A stretch of DNA of 32,000 bases. Source: Candidatus Saccharimonadota bacterium (lineage in GTDB: Archaea; Micrarchaeota; Micrarchaeia; Micrarchaeales; Micrarchaeaceae). The notes beneath the pieces were generated by a model. That model was not told the DNA's origin, made no database searches, and worked only from the letters and a program-made list of their open reading frames with translations. Positions 18,278 through 25,541 of the stretch are shown in pieces (the stretch's first letter is position 1; each line of letters begins with the position of its first letter). The stretch is taken from NCBI GenBank assembly GCA_021654395.1, contig AP024486.1, forward strand, positions 360,001-392,000. Direction: 5' to 3'. The position numbers were made by a program, and so were the translations under genes.

Positions 18278-20659
18278 CTATACTCTTATTCCTAATTTAT
18301 CTAAAAGCTTTATGATATATATCTTTGCAAAGTTGTTTACCACTAGATTAAGCAAGCCCGCTAAGATCAAGATCTCTATTATGTATATAACCGGTATGCT
18401 CTTAACATATAGGAATCCGAACGCTCCTATCAAAAATATTATTATCATATCTGCTATCATAGCTATACTTAAGGCTCTGCTTGGTCTGCTAACCCAGAAG
18501 TTTCCCCTCTCTCTAATATTTAGAAGATTAAATATATTCGAGTATAGTAGATAAAGCATTATAGCAGTTTGTAGCTCAGCTATTGGTAAGCTGCTAAATA
18601 GAGGATAGACTGCAAATGCTTCAACAATCATTACACCTCCTAGAAGCAAGCCAAATATAACAGATCCATTTATATTCCATGTTGCTGGCTTGCTTGAAGC
18701 TCTTACATTATCTGTAGAGAGTACTATACTTATAAAGTCATATAAGAATAGTATTAGAAGCATATCAAATGCAGTTATTATCTCTTTGCTCAGAAGTATT
18801 AAAGCCAGTACTATAAATATAACATTCTGAAAAGTTCTTATGATCTTTGATCTTATCCATATATTAACTCTCTCGTATATAGCCCTACCTATGCTTATCA
18901 TAGATACTATATCCTTTAATCCTTCAGAGGTTAGTATAACGCTTGCTGCACTCTTAGCAACATCCGTTGCATTGCTTACTGCTATTCCAACATCGGCTTG
19001 ATTCAGAGCAGGAGCGTCATTTACACCATCTCCTGTCATTCCAGTAACATAGCCTTTCTGTTGAAAGCTTCTAACAATATTGTACTTATCTTCTGGGTAG
19101 ACCTGTGCTATTCCATCAGCATCTATCGGCAGATCTGCAGTTCTATATAGCTCATTAGGTAGTATGATCTTGCTGCCTATACCTGCCTCTTGAGCAACTC
19201 TGGAAGCAACCTCTTTTATATCTCCTGTAAGCATAACAACCTTTATACCATTCTCCTTTAGCTCCTTTATTAGATAAGGTGTATCGTCTCTTAATGGGTC
19301 TGAGAGCACTATGAAGCCGCATATGCCTCTCATAGATCTATCATCTATAGCGACTGCAATTATCTTATATCCAGATAGTGCAAGTCTCTGGGCATTGCTT
19401 AAGGCTTCTTTATCTATCTGAAATATATTAGCAAGAGTATCTACAGAGCCTTTAATTATATGTATCTCTCTATTATTAACAGATGCAAATGCCTCTGTTC
19501 TTCTAGTTGAAGGATCGAAAGGTAGAAATCTTTCTATCTTTACAGAATCTACGTTTATATGCATCTCATTATAATAGCTTATTATTGCATTATCTATAGG
19601 ATCATTATCTGCATCGTTAGATGCAAGCCTTGCGTATAGTATAAGATCCTCTTTGCTACAATCTCCAATAGTTATAAGATCTACAATCTTCATAGAATTT
19701 TTAGTTAACGTACCTGTCTTATCAGTTGCTAATAATGTCATTGTTGCTGCTCCTTCTATAGCTTCTAGCTTTCTTACTAGTACTCCTTTCTTTGATAGCT
19801 CTTTGCTACCTAAAGCTAAGCTTATTGAGAACATAGGAGGTAATGCTACGGGGACTGCAGCAACTATAAGCACAATAGACAGTATAAGATAGCTCTCTAT
19901 ATCTAATCCTCTAAAGTAAAAGTATAGGCCAGTTATAAGTACAAGTATAAGAACTACAGCAAACAGGTCAAAGATGACTTTTTCTACAACCTTCTCTATT
20001 CTTAATCTTGGCTTTGTGTTGCTTATAAGCTCTATCGTCTTACCATAGAAAGTATTCTTACCAGTAAGAATAACTAATGCATTTGCCTCTCCTTTTCTTA
20101 TTATGCTACCGCTAAATAAAAGATCATTCTTACTCTTATTTACCGTTAAAGACTCTCCAGTTATCTGAGACTGATCTACCTCTACAAAGCCATCTATTAT
20201 CTTTGAGTCTGCTGGTACGAAGTCTCCTACTCTAACTCTTATTATATCTCCTGGTACAATCTCAGATGAATCTACAACTATCCATTGAGAGTCTCTTAAT
20301 ACCTTGCACCTTACTCTTATCTGCTTCTTAAGCTCATCTATCGCCTTTCTAGCAGTATTCTCTTGAAAAGAGCCCATAAGGCTGTTGAATATAATAAGTG
20401 CAACTATTATATAAGCATTAAAGATCTGATTTACAAGTATAGATAGCAAAGCAGCTATAAGCAGTATGAGATTTATAACATTAAACAGATGATTCTTTAA
20501 GATCTTTAGGAACGAATCCTTCTTCTCTTCTACAGAGTTATAACCGTACTGCTTTAATCTCTTCTCTGCTTCCTCTCTACTCAGACCTTTCTCATTTGTT
20601 GCTAATCTATTAAAGAGATCGTCTATACTAAGCTTCTCTATATCATCCTTATTAATCAT
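18278..20659 (-). CDS. Cation-transporting P-type ATPase, plasma-membrane H+-ATPase-like (P3A-like; subtype tentative)
   Basis: 793 aa with TGES, the phosphorylation site DKTGTLTKN, MLTGD and the GMTGDGVNDAPALNQADVGIAV hinge. The N-terminus has GLSREEAEKRLKQYGYN. Size and hinge sequence resemble archaeal/plant/fungal type III pumps. Confidence 0.9.
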   Translation of the reverse strand: MINKDDIEKLSIDDLFNRLATNEKGLSREEAEKRLKQYGYNSVEEKKDSFLKILKNHLFNVINLILLIAALLSILVNQIFNAYIIVALIIFNSLMGSFQENTARKAIDELKKQIRVRCKVLRDSQWIVVDSSEIVPGDIIRVRVGDFVPADSKIIDGFVEVDQSQITGESLTVNKSKNDLLFSGSIIRKGEANALVILTGKNTFYGKTIELISNTKPRLRIEKVVEKVIFDLFAVVLILVLITGLYFYFRGLDIESYLILSIVLIVAAVPVALPPMFSISLALGSKELSKKGVLVRKLEAIEGAATMTLLATDKTGTLTKNSMKIVDLITIGDCSKEDLILYARLASNDADNDPIDNAIISYYNEMHINVDSVKIERFLPFDPSTRRTEAFASVNNREIHIIKGSVDTLANIFQIDKEALSNAQRLALSGYKIIAVAIDDRSMRGICGFIVLSDPLRDDTPYLIKELKENGIKVVMLTGDIKEVASRVAQEAGIGSKIILPNELYRTADLPIDADGIAQVYPEDKYNIVRSFQQKGYVTGMTGDGVNDAPALNQADVGIAVSNATDVAKSAASVILTSEGLKDIVSMISIGRAIYERVNIWIRSKIIRTFQNVIFIVLALILLSKEIITAFDMLLILFLYDFISIVLSTDNVRASSKPATWNINGSVIFGLLLGGVMIVEAFAVYPLFSSLPIAELQTAIMLYLLYSNIFNLLNIRERGNFWVSRPSRALSIAMIADMIIIFLIGAFGFLYVKSIPVIYIIEILILAGLLNLVVNNFAKIYIIKLLDKLGIRV

Positions 20660-20727
20660 ATAAGAAGCTTATAAGTTAAATAAATAAAATAGTATAGTTT
20701 ATAAGCTTTTAATGATATACTAAGATT

Positions 20728-21213
20728 ATGGCAGATATAGAGATTGTAGATGTTAAAAAGGAGAAGGATGAGCAGGTAATATTAGGGCATGCTGCATTCA
20801 TAAAGACAGTAGAGGATCTATACGAAGCAGTCTACTCATCAGTTCCTGGAGTACAGTTTGGTATAGCATTTAGTGAAGCTAGCGGCGATAGACTCATAAG
20901 AACAGAAGGCAACAATAAGGAGCTAATCAGTAAGGCAGCAGATCTACTAATGAAGCTTTCAGCAGGGCATACATTTGCTATATTCTTCAAGAATGCGTAT
21001 CCGATAAATATTCTGAATAGTGTAAAGGCGCTGCCAGAGGTGTCTAGAATATACTGCGCGACAGGCAATCCATTAAAGGTCGTTATACTAAAGGATCAGC
21101 AAGGCAACTCAGTAATAGGAGTAATAGACGGCATGTCTCCTTTAGGAGTAGAAGATGAGAGCAAGAAAAAAGAGAGGAAGGATCTAATAAGGAAGTTAGG
21201 ATATAAGCTCTAA
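20728..21213 (+). CDS. Conserved archaeal ~160-aa protein of the 'adenosine-specific kinase' family (assignment from memory of the family pattern)
   Basis: 161 aa. GHAAFIKTVEDLYEA...FGIAFSEASGDRLIRTEGNN...AGHTFAIFFKNAYPINILNSVK..PEVSRIYCATGNP matches my recollection of this family's conserved blocks. Function is uncertain. Confidence 0.55.
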   Translation: MADIEIVDVKKEKDEQVILGHAAFIKTVEDLYEAVYSSVPGVQFGIAFSEASGDRLIRTEGNNKELISKAADLLMKLSAGHTFAIFFKNAYPINILNSVKALPEVSRIYCATGNPLKVVILKDQQGNSVIGVIDGMSPLGVEDESKKKERKDLIRKLGYKL

Positions 21214-21627
21214 ATCAAGATATGCTATCTTAGTAATACCATTAGCTATACTAAATATAAATTCTTCATTAGAGTTTATGAGCTCCTTTATATAAATATA
21301 ATCTAGAGTAGCTAAGACTCTAGATCCATTGAAGTACTGGCTTATAGATGCATCTAGATCTGGATCTCTATAAAGTCTATACTTTAGAATTAGCTTCTCT
21401 AATGCTATATCTGCTGCATCATCGTATATCTTATACATAAATACCGTCTTATCTCTCTCCTCGCAGTTAATTATAGATAGAGCTAAGCTGTTGATATCTG
21501 TCTTTACTAGATCTATATAAGAGATATCTATGCTTATAGATCTATCATTTCGTAATCTCTTAGCTAGATATATAATTGCTAGTGCTATAGTAGCAGATAT
21601 TATCAAGTAGTACTGCATATATCTCAC
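21196..21627 (-). CDS. ORFan, N-terminally membrane-anchored protein; last gene of the VirB4-like operon
   Basis: 143 aa. The GTG start overlaps the upstream stop (GTGA); the ATG at 21618 is an alternative start. One N-terminal TM (YYLIISATIALAIIYLA) followed by a ~115-aa domain with no recognisable motif. Confidence 0.55.
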   Translation of the reverse strand: MRYMQYYLIISATIALAIIYLAKRLRNDRSISIDISYIDLVKTDINSLALSIINCEERDKTVFMYKIYDDAADIALEKLILKYRLYRDPDLDASISQYFNGSRVLATLDYIYIKELINSNEEFIFSIANGITKIAYLDLELIS

Positions 21628-22154
21628 TGATCTAAGCCATGCTTCTTAAGTAGTAATGCAACAGTATCAGAAGGGATAATAGCTCTAAGATCTTTAAGAA
21701 GCTCATTATATCTATTAATCATATCTCTATCCTTTGCTATCTGCTCCTTCATAGCCTTATTAGAATCTTTAAGCTTTACTATAAAGCTCTCTAATATCTC
21801 TATCCTTGATATTATATAATACCTATACGCATTTTCATCTGCTTTATTAATAAAGCTTATATCTGATATACTAAATAGAAGTCTAATCAGCTCCGGTATT
21901 ATACTGCTATATGCAATATCTGCTATAGGATCTATCCTATATAGAACAAATAGCAGATTCATATAAGCCTTTATCTTGCTATTAAGATCGCTGCCTTTCT
22001 CTAGAGCTATTATTCTGTCTTTATATATCTTTATAATAGATTCTTTGTATGATATACTTATACAGTTATTCTCTATAGATGGCTTAATATCCTTTAATCT
22101 ATTATAAGCTAGATCAAGATCTTTTATCTTAATCTCAAGATTTATAGCGATCAT
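21624..22154 (-). CDS. ORFan soluble protein with a helical C-terminus; fifth gene of the VirB4-like operon
   Basis: 176 aa. Its ATG overlaps the ATPase stop (ATGA). No TM segment. The C-terminal KDSNKAMKEQIAKDRDMINRYNELLKDL looks coiled-coil. Confidence 0.55.
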   Translation of the reverse strand: MIAINLEIKIKDLDLAYNRLKDIKPSIENNCISISYKESIIKIYKDRIIALEKGSDLNSKIKAYMNLLFVLYRIDPIADIAYSSIIPELIRLLFSISDISFINKADENAYRYYIISRIEILESFIVKLKDSNKAMKEQIAKDRDMINRYNELLKDLRAIIPSDTVALLLKKHGLDQ

Positions 22155-23344
22155 AGAAGCTCAGCTATATAGCTATCATCTAATCCGATCTCCTTTAGTA
22201 ATGCTATACTCTCAACTCTCCTTATCTCATAAGGCATTATCTTTAATAGCTGTTCTATGCCTATATAGCTGCCTGCTGCAGCCGCATCTTGAAGAAGCTT
22301 ATCTATATCATCTTCAGATACGCCTAGCTCTAGAAGTCTTCTCTTTAATCTATCTATACTATATCTTAAGATCATATCTCTCGCCTCTATAATAAGTGTA
22401 TCATTGTTATAAACATTTAGCTGACTATCTACTAATGCAGTGCTAATACCTCCTACCTTATTACTTACTAATATAAACCTGCCTCTATGCAGCTTATTCA
22501 GCTCTTTGCTTATATTACTATTCAATATCTTCTCTATTGTTTCTATATCAGTATTTGATTGAAGCTTAAATAGAATAATAGTTGCAGCATTCGCTATCAG
22601 CTCCTTAATAGAATCATTTAGTAGCTGCGTACTTACTATAACTCCTATACCTCGCTTCCTTCCCTCTCTTATCAGCTTAAGTATATCTATACTATAGCTT
22701 ATAAGCTTCCATGCCTCATCTATAACAATGAATCTAAAAGGTTCTTTTCTATAAGCTCTTCTATATAGCTCTTTATTCTCTAACCATATATAAGACTCTA
22801 ATATGGCTCTTACTTTAAGATCATCTAAGCCGTTTAATGAGATATAAATACTATCATTTAAAAGATCTATACGCTCTCTAATGCATCTGGCATCATTAAG
22901 CTTCTGAATATAACTTAAAGCCTCAGATCCTAGCTTATCTCTAATATAATGAGATAGCTCCTCTATGCTATATCTATATGAGATATAGCTTATAATATTA
23001 CAAGGATCTATTATCTCTAAGCCGTAAAGCCTTGCGATATCTTTATACTCATCAGACCAATCAACTATAGCTATACTTATATCATTTATGCTCATTGCTT
23101 TAGATATTATATTCTTAACTAAGAAAGTCTTTCCAGAGCCACTCATGCCAGCTATAAGTATATGACCATTGCTCAGCTCTTTAAGATCTAGAGTAATAAC
23201 AGATCTGTATGCTCCTGATAAGCCTAATACTATAGAGCTCTTTATATCAATATTACTGCATGACCTTAGATCTGGCTTAAATATAGGAAGTGCTTTGGAG
23301 ATCTGTGATATATTATACAGATTCTCTAGCTTAATAGCTATCAC
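22151..23344 (-). CDS. FtsK/HerA/VirB4-superfamily P-loop ATPase (CedB/VirB4 C-terminal-domain-like)
   Basis: 397 aa with a GTG start. It has Walker A HILIAGMSGSGKTF (nt 23126-23149), Walker B FRFIVIDEAW (nt 22709-22729) and REGRKRGIGVIVSTQLLND (nt 22625-22669). The DEAW and RK..TQ combination is typical of VirB4/TrbE and HerA-clade translocases. Confidence 0.8.
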   Translation of the reverse strand: MIAIKLENLYNISQISKALPIFKPDLRSCSNIDIKSSIVLGLSGAYRSVITLDLKELSNGHILIAGMSGSGKTFLVKNIISKAMSINDISIAIVDWSDEYKDIARLYGLEIIDPCNIISYISYRYSIEELSHYIRDKLGSEALSYIQKLNDARCIRERIDLLNDSIYISLNGLDDLKVRAILESYIWLENKELYRRAYRKEPFRFIVIDEAWKLISYSIDILKLIREGRKRGIGVIVSTQLLNDSIKELIANAATIILFKLQSNTDIETIEKILNSNISKELNKLHRGRFILVSNKVGGISTALVDSQLNVYNNDTLIIEARDMILRYSIDRLKRRLLELGVSEDDIDKLLQDAAAAGSYIGIEQLLKIMPYEIRRVESIALLKEIGLDDSYIAELL

Positions 23345-24059
23345 CCAGATAATCTATATATAAGAATCTTTCAAGATTGCTTCCATTTAAGAGCCTATAT
23401 CCAGATTGAGCTATAGTAGCCAATCTTTCAGAGATCATCTTTAAGTCATCCATAGCCGTCCTCTTTGCTTCGCTTAAGCTATCTGATATGCATGTAGCGC
23501 TTATGTAGTAGTATAATCCAAATGTATTTATGCTATCTATTCTAGATATCTCCTTAGAGATAGTATCTATCTTACTTTGCACTGCTGCTATCTTAGCTGG
23601 AGAAGCCCTCTCACTAACAAGCCTAGTTAGCTGTATCTCATATAGCGCCTTCCTTGTTTTTAGGTCTTCTATAAGCCTAGAAAGATCGATTCTCTTTATA
23701 ATGCAGCTTATCTTTATACTAGATCTAAGATCCTTTATAGCAGACTCTAGCTCTCTGTAATCTATCTCTCTATTTGGAGTATAGAGCTCAGCTATAGCAG
23801 TACATATATAACCTACTTTACTATATCTTACTATTATATCTCTACTGCTAAGTATCTGCATATCATCTATAACTCTTATAACCTTAGCTCTCTTAATCAG
23901 TATCTCTATTAATAGATCATAAGATCTGTATAGAGTGATTAGGATAGTAATTAATATCAATGAAGCAAGTATGAAGTAAGGCTTATAGAAGATAGCTGCC
24001 GCTATAAGAGTAGAAGAGGCAGATATAATAGAAATATAATAAGATAGCTCATGTCTCAT
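23331..24059 (-). CDS. Membrane-anchored protein (N-terminal TM hairpin plus soluble domain); candidate VirB3/VirB4-N-terminal-domain equivalent
   Basis: 242 aa. Two adjacent TM helices span about residues 7-44, followed by a soluble alpha/beta-looking region (ILSSRDIIVRYSKVGYICTAIAELY...FGLYYYISATCISDSLSEAKRTAMDDL). It overlaps the ATPase gene by 14 nt. Confidence 0.55.
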   Translation of the reverse strand: MRHELSYYISIISASSTLIAAAIFYKPYFILASLILITILITLYRSYDLLIEILIKRAKVIRVIDDMQILSSRDIIVRYSKVGYICTAIAELYTPNREIDYRELESAIKDLRSSIKISCIIKRIDLSRLIEDLKTRKALYEIQLTRLVSERASPAKIAAVQSKIDTISKEISRIDSINTFGLYYYISATCISDSLSEAKRTAMDDLKMISERLATIAQSGYRLLNGSNLERFLYIDYLGDSY

Positions 24060-24060
24060 A

Positions 24061-25062
24061 CTATGCGCCTAATCTATAAAGATTTATATCAAAGCCACCA
24101 AGCAGCTTAGATAGGTATCTAAAAGCGCTTAGGCTTATAATAAGATTTATAGTAGGCATAACGAATACTTGAAAGATTACATCTGCTATATAGCTGTATA
24201 TCTGATTCATATAGCTGTATATCTCATTAGATAGCGACTCAACATAAGCCTGCAGATAAGAGGCAGCAGTCGGACTATTACTACCTATATAAGAGTATAT
24301 AGTATCTGCAGAATTAGCATAATAGCTTATATTCTGCGTTAATATGAAGCTCTGCTCATTGTATATATAAAGATCTAGGATATAAAGGCTTGACATTATA
24401 ATTGAGAATGCTATAACTGCAGATATTATAACTGAGCCTATCGCTCTTAAAGGATATATTGATCTAAGGATAACGCCAATACTTAATAGCAATGGAGATA
24501 TAGTTGTAATATAGAGTATTACTGTATACTGAATATATATCGACAATAGTGAGAAGTAAAGCAGATCGATAAGCTCAGACAAGCTACTTATTATTGGCTT
24601 CATTATATAGTATAGATCTACCTGCACAACGAACAGATTTATAGTTAGATCACCTATTGCGGATACTGCTATATATAATCCATACATCTCAAATAGGAAG
24701 CTATTTACAGAATCTGCGAGTGTTGGCTCATATCTTCCATTATAATATATATAATTATTCCCAGCAAGGAATGCAGTTGCGATACATGAGAAGATATCAT
24801 ATGATACAGATTCAGGGCAGCTATATCTTGTGCTATTGATAAAGCTACCATCTAAGCTACTATATATAAAGCTGTTAGAGTAGAGTATTGCGTAAGTAAG
24901 CCATAGTAAAAGAAGACTTACTATGATATCTGAGGCGAAGCTCCTTGCGATAGCTTTAAGTTTATAATCATTCAAGGCATATGCGATAGCGTTTATAATA
25001 CCAAATGATATTAGCATTATCTCATTAGTTATTAATACAGTCTGAATTAGATAGCCAAGCAT
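24061..25062 (-). CDS. Polytopic integral membrane protein (about 6-8 TM); candidate VirB6/CedA-like channel component
   Basis: 333 aa with many hydrophobic helices, one loop carrying two Cys, and a Tyr/Ser-rich loop with three IYSY motifs. Two of these are encoded by a perfect 16-nt direct repeat at 24188-24203 and 24209-24224. Confidence 0.6.
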   Translation of the reverse strand: MLGYLIQTVLITNEIMLISFGIINAIAYALNDYKLKAIARSFASDIIVSLLLLWLTYAILYSNSFIYSSLDGSFINSTRYSCPESVSYDIFSCIATAFLAGNNYIYYNGRYEPTLADSVNSFLFEMYGLYIAVSAIGDLTINLFVVQVDLYYIMKPIISSLSELIDLLYFSLLSIYIQYTVILYITTISPLLLSIGVILRSIYPLRAIGSVIISAVIAFSIIMSSLYILDLYIYNEQSFILTQNISYYANSADTIYSYIGSNSPTAASYLQAYVESLSNEIYSYMNQIYSYIADVIFQVFVMPTINLIISLSAFRYLSKLLGGFDINLYRLGA

Positions 25063-25067
25063 CTAGC

Positions 25068-25370
25068 TCAGCTACTGCTGTTTGTTGTATTTAATATAAG
25101 ATGCGCTGCAGCATTTGTTATACTATCTGCAGTTAGGCTTAGTATCGCTAGTATTATAGCTCCTATTATTATATTGATAGCAGTGCTTTGAAATCTAGCT
25201 CTCTTGTCATAAGGCATTATCTGTCCTATTGCGTAGAATATTCCCGCTAGTATAAATAGAGCGCTGCTTAGGATCGGGCCTGCCTGCTGTAGTACTGCCT
25301 TTATATAGACTAGCAGATTTATTATACCTATAGACAGATAGATATACTTGTTTTCGTTCATATATATCAT
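25068..25370 (-). CDS. Small hydrophobic protein; candidate VirB2/CedA1-like pilin (leader plus helix-basic loop-helix)
   Basis: 100 aa. An N-terminal hydrophobic segment (YIYLSIGIINLLVYI) ends ...AVLQQAG. Two further hydrophobic helices are joined by the basic loop PYDKRARFQ. The C-terminal tail LNTTNSSS carries N-x-S/T sequons. First gene of the operon. Confidence 0.5.
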   Translation of the reverse strand: MIYMNENKYIYLSIGIINLLVYIKAVLQQAGPILSSALFILAGIFYAIGQIMPYDKRARFQSTAINIIIGAIILAILSLTADSITNAAAHLILNTTNSSS

Positions 25371-25541
25371 AGTATAATTTTATTTACTTAACTAAAAGAA
25401 ATTTAATTAAAGTAAATTTTAAATATTTAACTATAAGAATAAGTTATAGAGTATAAGAATATTTAGCAGATTTAAGATAGAATATTATAAAGTGTAGAGC
25501 TGGAGAATAAGATATTTATTTAATAGATATAATCTATAATT
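25371..25541. promoter_or_regulatory. Divergent AT-rich promoter region between the VirB4-like operon (-) and the NAD-kinase-like gene (+), with a 10-bp direct repeat
   Basis: 171-bp intergenic region. TATAAGAATA occurs at 25432-25441 and 25452-25461, 20 bp apart. There are several TATA-like runs on both strands. Confidence 0.5.

Noticed and set aside
18231-18554. 107-aa plus-strand ORF in the supplied track
   Set aside because: It starts inside tRNA-Gly and runs antisense to the motif-rich C-terminus of the P-type ATPase. Its low-complexity sequence is typical of a shadow ORF.
18204-21213. Integrated mobile element using tRNA-Gly as attachment site
   Set aside because: I saw no integrase and no repeat of the tRNA 3' half downstream. 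The adjacent genes (P-type ATPase and a conserved small protein) look like housekeeping cargo.
22151-23344. Type IV pilus/archaellum assembly ATPase (PilB/FlaI-type) as the identity of the operon's ATPase
   Set aside because: The motifs (VIDEAW Walker B, REGRK..G....TQ) fit the FtsK/HerA/VirB4 clade rather than the secretion-ATPase (GspE/FlaI) family. No FlaJ/PilC-like partner or class III signal-peptide pilin is evident.
19653-24839. Plus-strand or antisense ORFs of 60-79 aa at 19653-19892, 20832-21068, 22201-22392, 23169-23363, 23530-23760 and 24657-24839
   Set aside because: Each is nested antisense within a longer ORF that has motifs or operon logic, and none has independent support. The 28219-28422 and 29456-29818 ORFs, antisense to hel308 and pheT, are rejected likewise.
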